From: Cuniculiplasma divulgatum
Lineage (GTDB): Archaea; Thermoplasmatota; Thermoplasmata; Thermoplasmatales; Thermoplasmataceae
Reading direction: 5' to 3'
Assembly: GCF_900083515.1 (NCBI RefSeq)
Contig: NZ_LT671858.1
Span: 1,230,001-1,262,000 of the forward strand
Length of the DNA: 32,000 bases
Part shown: positions 1-9,100 of the stretch, piece by piece
Layout of the letters: the number at the start of each line of letters is the position of its first letter
How positions within the stretch are numbered: the first letter of the stretch is position 1
The notes under the pieces: generated by a model
Seen by the model: only the letters and a program-made list of their open reading frames with translations
What the model was told of the DNA's origin: nothing
Databases searched by the model: none
Position numbers and translations under genes: made by a program

Positions 1-3000
1 AATCTTGACGATCTTGTGGAATGTGCCGTACTCACGAAGGCAGCCTATGATCGTGAAATAGACAGGGTTAGCATTCCAGAGAGTGCACTGGATGTGCTTT
101 CACAGGCTGTGGTTGGAATGTCTCTGGAGAAAACATGGAGTATTGACGAAAGCTACAATCTCATAAAGAGATCATACCCTTACAGAAATCTGACCATGGA
201 TGACTATATGTCTGTTATAAACTATCTTGCCGGGAAGATTGAAAATAACACCATTTATTCAAAAATATGGTACGATGAGGAGGAAAAGGTATTCGGAAAG
301 AAGAAGAGCACAAGGATGATCTACTTCATGAATATAGGAACAATTCCAGACGATTCAGATTACAGGGTTATTGATCTCAGTGGCAGGCATCTTGGACAGC
401 TAAGTGACAAATTTGTGGAGAGAATGACAGTTGGGGATATATTCGTTCTTGGGGCGAGAACCTATGCCTTCATTCGCACCAGGGGGAACAGGGTCATCGT
501 CAGGGATGCCACAGGACTGAAACCAACAATTCCCTCTTGGACTGGAGAAATGCTCCCTAGAAGTTATGATCTTGGAACACTTATCGGAAAGTTTCGGGAT
601 AATATACAGAAGAATCTTGAGAAGGATGATCTCAGGGAATGGCTAAGAGAAAATTATCACCTTGATGAAAATGGAGCGAGAAGCATCATTTCATATATAA
701 GGGCACAGACCAAGTTTAACGTACCTACTGATAGTCATCTGTATGTTGAAGGATATACAGAAAATGGTTTATACAGTATACTTTTCCTGATTCCTCTTGG
801 AAGAAGGGTCAATGATGCCATATCGAGAGCCTATGCCCAGGCTATTTCCAATACTTATGAAACCAATACAAGGGTTACTGTTACGGATGATGGATTTATG
901 TTAACAGTTGAATCCTCAATTCCCATAAAGAATGTTATAAATCTCATAGATGAAGACAATTTTGTGGATTACGTTAAGAGATCAATAATGAATACAACTG
1001 TCTTTAAGGAGAGATTCAGGCAATGCGCCACGCGGTCATTAATGGTACTCAGGCGATACAAGGGTCATGAGGTTTCTGTGGTGATCCAGCAGTTAAGGAG
1101 TGATAAGGTACTGAGAGCAATAGAAAATATACCAAACTTTCCAGTGGTAACTGAAACATATAGAGAGATCATGAATGATATGATGGATGTGCCATCTGCA
1201 CTGAAATATGTTGAAGAAGTTATAGGAAAAGGTCGGTACACTGTAAAGGATTATTCAGAGGTGGCAAGCCCGTTCTCCCTTTCCCTTATTCTGGCAGGCG
1301 TATCTGATGTTGTGCTGATGGAGGAAAGGGCAAAACTAATGAAGGAACTGCAAAGCAGGATTGTCGATAGGGTTTACGGAACTGAGTATATGGATTTTAA
1401 AATAAAAGATCCAAGAATAGTTGATAATTTTTATAGAAGCAAGGTTCCACCTGTAAACGATGCAGAAAGTTATATGGAGTTATGCAGACACTTTCCTATG
1501 GTAGATATCACCAAATCTAGATTCAACTCTCCCTTTCCATATGCTTCTATGGATGTACTTTCCATAGGCAGAGAACTTGTGAAAGAGGATAAATTATGGA
1601 GCATCAGCCTCAGGGGACTTTACTGGGTCTCTAAGGAACGTTACGGTCTCTTCAGGGAACTATTCGCAAGGAATCGTCCACTTAATGAGGAAGAAAGGAA
1701 CGTACTTGAACAGTGCAATGGAAGCACACCAAAGGAAATTCAACAAAATACAGGGTATGAAGAGTCGCAGGTAAAGAACGCTCTACTTGCACTTGAATCA
1801 CTGTTTCTTGTGAGGAGAAAATTCAAGCGCGATGCATTTTCCTATGAGAAAATTGAAACCTACCCAGATGGAAATTATACAGTGGAGGAACTTTTCTTTG
1901 ATCTGCTTAATTCCATGGGTCCTATGACCCTTGATGAGATTTCAGTCCGTTTCCCTATTGAAAAGGACAGGATAGTAAAAACACTGGAATTACTGGAATC
2001 AAGAGGAAAAATTACAGAAGAGTATGTGACTCCAGTATTTGCAAAGCAATACATTGTTAAGGGAGATCTTGAAAGAATCCTTAGCACAGCGTCTCAGGAA
2101 CCAACAGCCCTTAGAATAAGCCGTTATATGAGAAAGTTCAAAAACACTGATGAGTATCTTGAAAATCTTGGATTTTATGTGAAGGAGGAATCTGTAAGGG
2201 CAAGACTCATTTCTGATGGACAAAATCATAATGAGATCAATATTCCTGTGATTCGGGGAAGATTCTTCAAGCACAGACCTGCTGTCATGGAAAGGAAGCT
2301 GGCCATGGCCCTGCAAAAACTGAGAGAATCACCATTGGATGAAAAGGAGCAGAGAATATATGATTTTCTGAAGTTTGGGGCTGTTACACTTGATGCAGTA
2401 TCCAGAGAAATTAATATAGATCCAAAGGAAGCAAGACAGCTTCTAAGATCGCTGGAACATAGAGTTCTCGTTTCGGAGCAAGACGATACATATTCAAGAA
2501 TAAACATGGAAAATGACCTTGATAGAAAAAGCGCCATGAAAATTCTCCTAGATCGTTTTGGTCCCCTGACACAGAATGAAATAATGAATTCATTCTGGTT
2601 TTATATCAAGGCTGGAGACATGGATGGAATTGAAATGCACTCAGGCTTGCGTGGAACATATTACGGGAAGTTACCAGAACCTGTTGAGGAGAGCATCATG
2701 CTTCCCATGGGAGACCCCGTTTCCATTATAACAGGAAGGCTTGTTACAGAGGCAAGCAACCTCAATACCATGTTTTTTGCGAAGAACAATCTGGTATGCA
2801 TCCTATCACTTGAACAGACACAGGAGGGCATATGGATAGATGATCTAATAGTTGAAAAAGAGGATCTTCTTCAGAGCTTCTTTGATTACCTTAATGAAAG
2901 ATTTGGTGGAAATGGACTTTCTATTATTTTCACAGGAGTAAGGGAAAACCTATGGGGTATGCTTGAACAGAATGGTTTCATGAAGATAAAGGATGTCGCC

Positions 3001-3939
3001 ATAAGAAGTGGTTCTGAAACAGAACTTTTATACAGTGATGAACTTTTCCAGAGGTCTCTCTACTGCTATTCTCAATCAAGGATGACAAGAAGAACTGTCA
3101 TGGATTCCATAATGGAGGCCAGGCTTGGTATAAGGGATGCAACGGAAGCATATGCTAATGGTATCAGATCAACCGATGTTGACAGCTATTTCTATTCTGA
3201 CATACTATTCAATTTCAACGGTCCAATGAATCTCAATTCAAAGGCGACAATGGAAACCATTTCACTTTACAGGACACTGAGGGGAAGAAAGATAGACAGG
3301 TTAGAGATGGATATATTAAAGATAATAATGGATTACCCGAAGACTGAGGACGAAGTTCTAATTAATGTTCAGGGGTCTCATGACAGGGCTGTGGCATCCA
3401 TCAAGGATCTCTGGAACAGATCCATAATATGCAAGGATTCTGATTCAAAATTCAGGTATGTCGTTGAAAAGTTTGAACTTAAGGAATCTGCCACCATTCT
3501 GGAAACAAAAATACTGGAATCCTATGGCTTTATAGATTTCCAGCTATTTTCAGAAATCACTGGAAACAGGGATGAACAGCTCTACTCCGTAACCATAGAA
3601 AATGTAAGAAAGAGAGATGGGTTAAAAAACTGTATTATCCTTGACAATAAGAGGGCAGTTCTTGTTAATGAAAGATTTCTTGACATGAAGAAAAAGTCTA
3701 CAAAGCCTTTCATAATAGGACCAAGAGACCTGTTCAGCTACATATTCAGGAACCAGATTAAGAATCAGACCGGGGGGACAAGGAACTTTCTTCTTATAGA
3801 TAATTTATCAGTAAAGGCATTCGCAACGGTAAAAAGGAACAGGAATGAATTAAAGATAGATGAAATGAGTGGTGAGAAAGAACTCAGGAAAGAATTTATA
3901 AAGGAATTCTCCAATTCTGGATACTCAATCAGGTTTTAA
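1..3939 (+). CDS. lhr: Lhr-family (large helicase-related) ATP-dependent helicase. 5'-truncated: this is the C-terminal part (WH plus domain 4/DEAD_assoc region) followed by a long extension rich in winged-helix units.
   Basis: The frame is open from nt 1 (NLDDL precedes the listed GTG at 16), so the gene starts upstream of the window. Lhr-type signatures are present: SIPESALDVLSQAVVGM, GQLSDKFVERMTVGDIFVLGARTYAFIR and PTIPSWTGEMLPRSYDLG. About 1300 aa lie downstream of the point where the Lhr WH domain begins, far more than an Lhr core needs. The tail contains repeated wHTH-like segments. Confidence 0.75.
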   Translation, partial: NLDDLVECAVLTKAAYDREIDRVSIPESALDVLSQAVVGMSLEKTWSIDESYNLIKRSYPYRNLTMDDYMSVINYLAGKIENNTIYSKIWYDEEEKVFGKKKSTRMIYFMNIGTIPDDSDYRVIDLSGRHLGQLSDKFVERMTVGDIFVLGARTYAFIRTRGNRVIVRDATGLKPTIPSWTGEMLPRSYDLGTLIGKFRDNIQKNLEKDDLREWLRENYHLDENGARSIISYIRAQTKFNVPTDSHLYVEGYTENGLYSILFLIPLGRRVNDAISRAYAQAISNTYETNTRVTVTDDGFMLTVESSIPIKNVINLIDEDNFVDYVKRSIMNTTVFKERFRQCATRSLMVLRRYKGHEVSVVIQQLRSDKVLRAIENIPNFPVVTETYREIMNDMMDVPSALKYVEEVIGKGRYTVKDYSEVASPFSLSLILAGVSDVVLMEERAKLMKELQSRIVDRVYGTEYMDFKIKDPRIVDNFYRSKVPPVNDAESYMELCRHFPMVDITKSRFNSPFPYASMDVLSIGRELVKEDKLWSISLRGLYWVSKERYGLFRELFARNRPLNEEERNVLEQCNGSTPKEIQQNTGYEESQVKNALLALESLFLVRRKFKRDAFSYEKIETYPDGNYTVEELFFDLLNSMGPMTLDEISVRFPIEKDRIVKTLELLESRGKITEEYVTPVFAKQYIVKGDLERILSTASQEPTALRISRYMRKFKNTDEYLENLGFYVKEESVRARLISDGQNHNEINIPVIRGRFFKHRPAVMERKLAMALQKLRESPLDEKEQRIYDFLKFGAVTLDAVSREINIDPKEARQLLRSLEHRVLVSEQDDTYSRINMENDLDRKSAMKILLDRFGPLTQNEIMNSFWFYIKAGDMDGIEMHSGLRGTYYGKLPEPVEESIMLPMGDPVSIITGRLVTEASNLNTMFFAKNNLVCILSLEQTQEGIWIDDLIVEKEDLLQSFFDYLNERFGGNGLSIIFTGVRENLWGMLEQNGFMKIKDVAIRSGSETELLYSDELFQRSLYCYSQSRMTRRTVMDSIMEARLGIRDATEAYANGIRSTDVDSYFYSDILFNFNGPMNLNSKATMETISLYRTLRGRKIDRLEMDILKIIMDYPKTEDEVLINVQGSHDRAVASIKDLWNRSIICKDSDSKFRYVVEKFELKESATILETKILESYGFIDFQLFSEITGNRDEQLYSVTIENVRKRDGLKNCIILDNKRAVLVNERFLDMKKKSTKPFIIGPRDLFSYIFRNQIKNQTGGTRNFLLIDNLSVKAFATVKRNRNELKIDEMSGEKELRKEFIKEFSNSGYSIRF

Positions 3940-3979
3940 TTACCAATTAACTTATATCTGAATTTATAATTATTCTGTA

Positions 3980-4270
3980 ATGACCCTGTACTTTAATTTC
4001 AATGAGCTATCCATCCTAATTTCCGGCGTAAACGTGGTTGTCTCCCTTTTCTTACTGCTCGTTTCACTCAAGGCGGTGAGAAAGGGTGTCGGAATTATAA
4101 AGTACCTGAGTGCGTTTTTTGGGCTGGTACTTCTTGATTCACTGTATATTGTAATAACAAATTTTGGAGTGAACTTCCTGAGTGAATATAATCAGATCCT
4201 TCTTGAAATGACTGCACTCATTGTTATGCTGCTATTTTATTCTGGAATGATAAGAGGAAAGAAAAATTGA
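3980..4270 (+). CDS. Small integral membrane protein (about 3 TM helices), unknown function.
   Basis: 96-aa ORF with three hydrophobic stretches (ILISGVNVVVSLFLLLVSL, LSAFFGLVLLDSLYIVI, LLEMTALIVMLLFY). Its TGA stop overlaps the TTG start of the next gene (TTGA at 4267-4270). Confidence 0.55.
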   Translation: MTLYFNFNELSILISGVNVVVSLFLLLVSLKAVRKGVGIIKYLSAFFGLVLLDSLYIVITNFGVNFLSEYNQILLEMTALIVMLLFYSGMIRGKKN

Positions 4271-4764
4271 CAGATGAAACTGATCCAAGAACCATCCTGA
4301 TACATATTATAGAGAGCGAACCTGGGCTTCATTTCAGGGCACTTCAGAGAAAAACAGGAATGGCAGTTGGTCAGCTAGAGTACCATCTTTATAAGCTTGA
4401 AAAAGAGGATGAGATCATGATCAGGAAAGATGGTCGGTATAAAAGATATTTCCTCATTGCCTCATCAGACAATACCAGAAAGATTCTAGGATATCACCTG
4501 AGAAATAAGGTGAGCAGAAACGTGATAATGCTTTTACTGAGGAAAAAAGAAATGAATCTTGAGACACTCAATGAAAAAATAAAGGATACTCAAAAACTTA
4601 ATGATGCCATAAAAGTTCTTCTTTCAGATAATATCATTATCAGGGAAAATGATCAGTTCAGCCTCAATAATCCCAGTTCGGTAAAAGAGTATATAAGAAA
4701 GAGCAGGAAATCATTCCTTGAAGAACTCTCAGATAGCTTAATAGATATGCTGGATGAGGAATAG
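4267..4764 (+). CDS. Winged helix-turn-helix transcriptional regulator (ArsR/MarR-like fold) with a helical C-terminal domain.
   Basis: The N-terminus ILIHIIESEPGLHFRALQRKTGMAVGQLEYHLYKLEKEDEIMIRKDGRYKRYFL has a classic wHTH layout (recognition helix plus beta-wing RKDGRYKRY). Start is TTG; there is no in-frame ATG until well inside the HTH. Confidence 0.65.
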   Translation: MTDETDPRTILIHIIESEPGLHFRALQRKTGMAVGQLEYHLYKLEKEDEIMIRKDGRYKRYFLIASSDNTRKILGYHLRNKVSRNVIMLLLRKKEMNLETLNEKIKDTQKLNDAIKVLLSDNIIIRENDQFSLNNPSSVKEYIRKSRKSFLEELSDSLIDMLDEE

Positions 4765-4765
4765 A

Positions 4766-5782
4766 TCATTGATTCTTCTTTCTGTACACATATCCTGAAC
4801 CTATCATAAGCATTCCCACTATGAGACCTATAGAAAGGTAAACTGAGTTTTCAAGAATAATATTCACAACACCACTTTCTATATCCTTCACCGTGATATT
4901 CTTAAGTATATTCTGACCCGGGATGGACAAATAGGGATCATATGAAATGTTGGAGTATTTTCCTTTACCTGTGAAAACGTATGTAAGGGCATTTAGGTTC
5001 GAACCGTTTGGACCATAATTTAGTGTTTTCATTTCCCTTGCGATTCCATCCATGTAATATGTGCTGTTATAGAGGAAATATATATTTCTGTCCTGATCTA
5101 TATGTAATCTTATGCCACTGTATAACTGATTCCTTTCAGTCATCCTGGCACCTGTAAAATTCTCCACCCCTATGCCATTTGAATAAGTTGAAAATACCGT
5201 TGGAATTATTATACGATATGTACCGCCAAGCGTTGAGTGTATATTCATCTCATAGGTGATTCTCAATGAGTTATTGTTTCCTACAAATATGTTACCGTTA
5301 ATAGAAGTAACTGTATTATTATCCCTTACCTCGAAGATATTGATCGTCATGTTAATGAAAAGATAACCATAATTTAAGGGGAAAAAGCTCTCAGTTGATT
5401 CTGCCATTATACCTGGCATGCTTACTTCAAACACTTGTTCCTGAAGAAAATATGAATATGAAATATTCAACTTTCCTATAACATTTTCCTGGAAAGATTC
5501 CTTTACTGGCTTCCCGAAACTTAGATTCGTATTCTTTTCCAGACCATAGTTCATGAAATCTGAAGTATTTATTATAGGATTATGAGTAATTTTTTTAAAG
5601 TTAGAATTCAAGTAATGTGGACTGAACAAATCAATGGAAATTTTCTGATCTCCAATTGAAAGATTGAATGCTGGTGATTTATCAAACTGTATCTGCCCGC
5701 TACTATGACCATGTGCAATTCCCAAATACGTTGGAGACATTACAAGAATTGCGGCAAAAATTATAATGAAGGCAGATCTCAT
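4766..5782 (-). CDS. Secreted, C-terminally membrane-anchored beta-rich protein, probably N-glycosylated. Unknown family.
   Basis: N-terminal signal-like segment (MRSAFIIIFAAILVMSPTYLGIAHG) and a C-terminal TM followed by a basic tail (YLSIGLIVGMLMIGSGYVYRKKNQ). About a dozen N-x-S/T sequons by hand count. I recognised no catalytic motif. Confidence 0.65.
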   Translation of the reverse strand: MRSAFIIIFAAILVMSPTYLGIAHGHSSGQIQFDKSPAFNLSIGDQKISIDLFSPHYLNSNFKKITHNPIINTSDFMNYGLEKNTNLSFGKPVKESFQENVIGKLNISYSYFLQEQVFEVSMPGIMAESTESFFPLNYGYLFINMTINIFEVRDNNTVTSINGNIFVGNNNSLRITYEMNIHSTLGGTYRIIIPTVFSTYSNGIGVENFTGARMTERNQLYSGIRLHIDQDRNIYFLYNSTYYMDGIAREMKTLNYGPNGSNLNALTYVFTGKGKYSNISYDPYLSIPGQNILKNITVKDIESGVVNIILENSVYLSIGLIVGMLMIGSGYVYRKKNQ

Positions 5783-5829
5783 TTATTCAAATATATGTTA
5801 CAATATTAAATCTTTATTGGTACAAAGTT

Positions 5830-5988
5830 TCAGGAGAATTCTTCTTCAAGTTCTATTATTACCTGATTCAACACCTCTTCAAATGTAAGACCCGAATATT
5901 CCATTAGTCCCCCTATTTCTGTCCTTAACTTTGCCTGAAATTCATCTCCTTCCTGGAGAAATTCTATGTTACAGATAAGTTCCTGCAT
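5830..5988 (-). CDS. Unlisted 52-aa acidic miniprotein, possibly with a HicB/UPF0150-like fold (orphan, no HicA partner).
   Basis: Hand translation of the minus strand gives MQELICNIEFLQEGDEFQAKLRTEIGGLMEYSGLTFEEVLNQVIIELEEEFS*, which is below the 60-aa track cutoff. The pattern (beta-beta, then G..G.T.EE plus a helix) resembles HicB N-domain/UPF0150 proteins. A TATA-like TTAAATA lies about 38 nt upstream. An alternative TTG start is at 6000. Confidence 0.3.
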   Translation of the reverse strand: MQELICNIEFLQEGDEFQAKLRTEIGGLMEYSGLTFEEVLNQVIIELEEEFS

Positions 5989-6165
5989 AATTATTACCAA
6001 TGCCTAATGAGTTAAGGTTTATTTAATCATTTCTTTACGATACATACGACTTTTGGCTTCCTATTGCATATCCACAAATGTATTCATTATTCTAAATTAG
6101 CATGTTAAAAGTTCCCAGGATTACCTGAAATGATTGATTTTTCAAATAAATACACTTCAGGTTCT

Positions 6166-9100
6166 TCATTTTTTTGATCTCATGTAGAAGACTGCACTGC
6201 CCACTATGAATCCTGTGATCAGTGATATGGCAATGTACAGGATTAACATTACAGGAATTGCAGAACTTTTCTGAAAGCTGATTTCCATGTAAACATTGGA
6301 GTGCGTAAGAGAAACTGATCCACTCTTGATTCCACTGTAACCCGAAGGAGTAGTAATTGAATAGGTATAATTTCCCCCTGATAGATTATTGAATGTAATT
6401 GTGCTAGAAGTCGAACTTTCAACTGTTCCATCCAGATTAACGGACCATTTGCTGCCTCCTGATAGTCCAGATTCAGCAAAAGTGACAGAATAGGTACTGA
6501 TAAGTTGATTACTGTAAACATAATCTATGGTTATATTTTGTTCTGGATGAGTCACCTGCACAACAGGTATGTTTGAAGCTTCGTAGCCATAGGCATCCTG
6601 TGGGAGGAATTCATATATTCCTGGAACTATATAGAACGATATATTACTTCCTGTTGAAATGAACCCTTCACCTGCAGCTGGAATTGAGAACCCCCAGAGA
6701 GTTCCCTGTGGAAGACCGCTTTCCTGAACAGTAATACTGTATAGTAAACTGTATTTCAATGTGAGATTTACCATTGGCCCACTAACGATGAATGCCCCAG
6801 AACTATCTCTTACAGACCCCAAATAAAATAGAGGTTCTAGGAGTATTTGTCTGGATTCCAGTGCGATACCTGTTGCAGTGTAACTTCCATTGGGAAGATA
6901 GATTGAGGTCCCACTAACTCCAACGGAAAGTATATCATTGTTAATATCAACATACCCAGTTATCTGTCCTTGCTGGGAAAGTGGAAGACCTGTGGCACTC
7001 ACAGTTGTCCTGTAATAGTATCTGGTAAGTGGTGCACTGTCATATGCATAATTTATGCTTCCATTCAGCAATCCCTGACCATTAAAGACAAATCCAACAC
7101 CTGTTCCATTGTACATAGTATTACCATTCCCAAAGTAGTTGTAATAATAATTTCCCCCAGTATATCCAGAATCTATTATGCTCCCGCTGAGTACCTGTTC
7201 CATGAATGTTACAGATGATGTGACCGATTCTCTCGTTATGTTAAATCTGTTGTGGTATTTTACCTCGCCATCAGTATATAGATTACCATATCTCCCTTCC
7301 AGACTTACTATTGGAATCGTGGATGTAAATTCATTGTTATAAATGGTGTTATTGGAACTTGCAACAATAAGACCTATGGGTGCTGCACCAAATAGTGCTC
7401 CTGCAGGTATGAGATTATAATTTGAGAAACTGTTATTCCATACATAGATATTTGATTTCATCTCCGCGTTATTGTAAATGAGCATACCAGAGCCTGCACT
7501 TTCAATTTCATTGTTTTCAACAAGGCTGTGAGTAACGTTCCACAGCATAAGACCTGCGATGGGTGGAATATTATATTCAGTATAATTTGTGTATGTTAGA
7601 GAGGAAAACCATCCAGATATCACGTTGTTTCTTATAATTAAATTGCTTGAGTCATAGAATACAAGCTGAAGGAAGTTTGATGATGTTACACCAAATGATG
7701 ATAGGAGGTTATTCAGACTAATTGTGTCATAGCTTATCTGGAATGATGGCGCCTGATTATTACCAGAGAAGTTCTGAACAACTGTATATGCAGTGGTGTT
7801 TTGTATGAATACACCGTAAAATACAGGATATAAATAATCGTTAACTTCTGAAAATACATTATTCATTCTATCAGGAACACCGGCTTTACTACCTTGAGAC
7901 AGGGGAATACCACTTACCACGTAGGGATTGCTGTCTGTGCCCTCACCTGATACGCTTATATTTTTTATCTGGCTGTTATCTGAGGCGTAGAAAGGAGTAT
8001 ATATCCCGTAGGAAACGCTGTATTCCAGTTTTATATTTCCAAGGGAATACTGTTTTCCTTCTCTAAGAATCATTCCATTGAAAAATACTGGCTTATGATA
8101 ACTCATTAAAACCTCAACAGAATATGTACCTGGATTAAGGTACAGATAGAATCTACCATTTTCCTGAATTGGAGAACACTGTGCCGTCTCGTTGTTTATT
8201 TTGTTCCCAATTCCAATCATGAGAAAAGCGTTGGATGGGCTTATTGTTCCATTTATGATTGCATATCCCTGCTTACTTCCAGTTATGTTCCAGAGTGGTT
8301 CAACAAAGGTCGGTCCTGAATGAAGATGCGCAGTGCTACCCATGAAGTATTCACTGATACCTGTGGATGTTTCACCAGTTTCAGAACCTACATCATATGC
8401 CGATCTCACATTACTATAAGTTCCATCACTTTTTTCATATTTGAGCGACATGGTCGCATTCATTTTACTGAATTGTGCGTTAGAGCCACCTCCTTCCCCT
8501 CCAAGGATCATTTCCGCATCCATTGGTATAAAGCCATTGTTGGATAGGTTTGTTCCTGTTACAGTATATTCTGGAATAACCATTGATCCTGAACTACTTC
8601 CTGATGTTGAATTGAACTGTACCCTGTCATAGGAACCTTTTTGAAGAACGTTTAAACCCTGAGAATTCTTGTGTGAAATAGAGTAATTGAAAAATACAGT
8701 ATTCTCTCCTCCATAATTTGAGGATGATAGGTACAGATTGAGAGTAAATGGTTCGGATATATTCAGGGTTGGTCCAATATCGTAGTAGAGTACCCCTGGC
8801 TCCACAGTCCCATTTCCCGATACTATATCGTTTGACCCCATCACTGCAGTGGGAGAGCTGAAGTTCCAGATGTTATCTATGAATGTTAGTTGGTGGGTAG
8901 ATGTTGAATAATCTACCACATTCTGAGTCCAGAACTGATATCCTGTATTGCCCCTGATTGTCACGTTGTTCAGTATGGCGTTCAACTGAATCGAAAATGA
9001 GTTAAATGAATCTCCATCCATATAAAGCTGTGATGCTGTGTTAATTGAAATCTGTCCATCAAAGCTTCTTGTTGAATATGAGTATGGTGTAAGTTTTCCG

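Noticed and set aside
1875-2593. Four overlapping minus-strand ORFs (60-105 aa) inside the Lhr gene.
   Set aside because: They are antisense shadows of a long, well-supported plus-strand CDS. Their composition is low-complexity and Ser/Leu/Phe-rich, and they carry no motifs.
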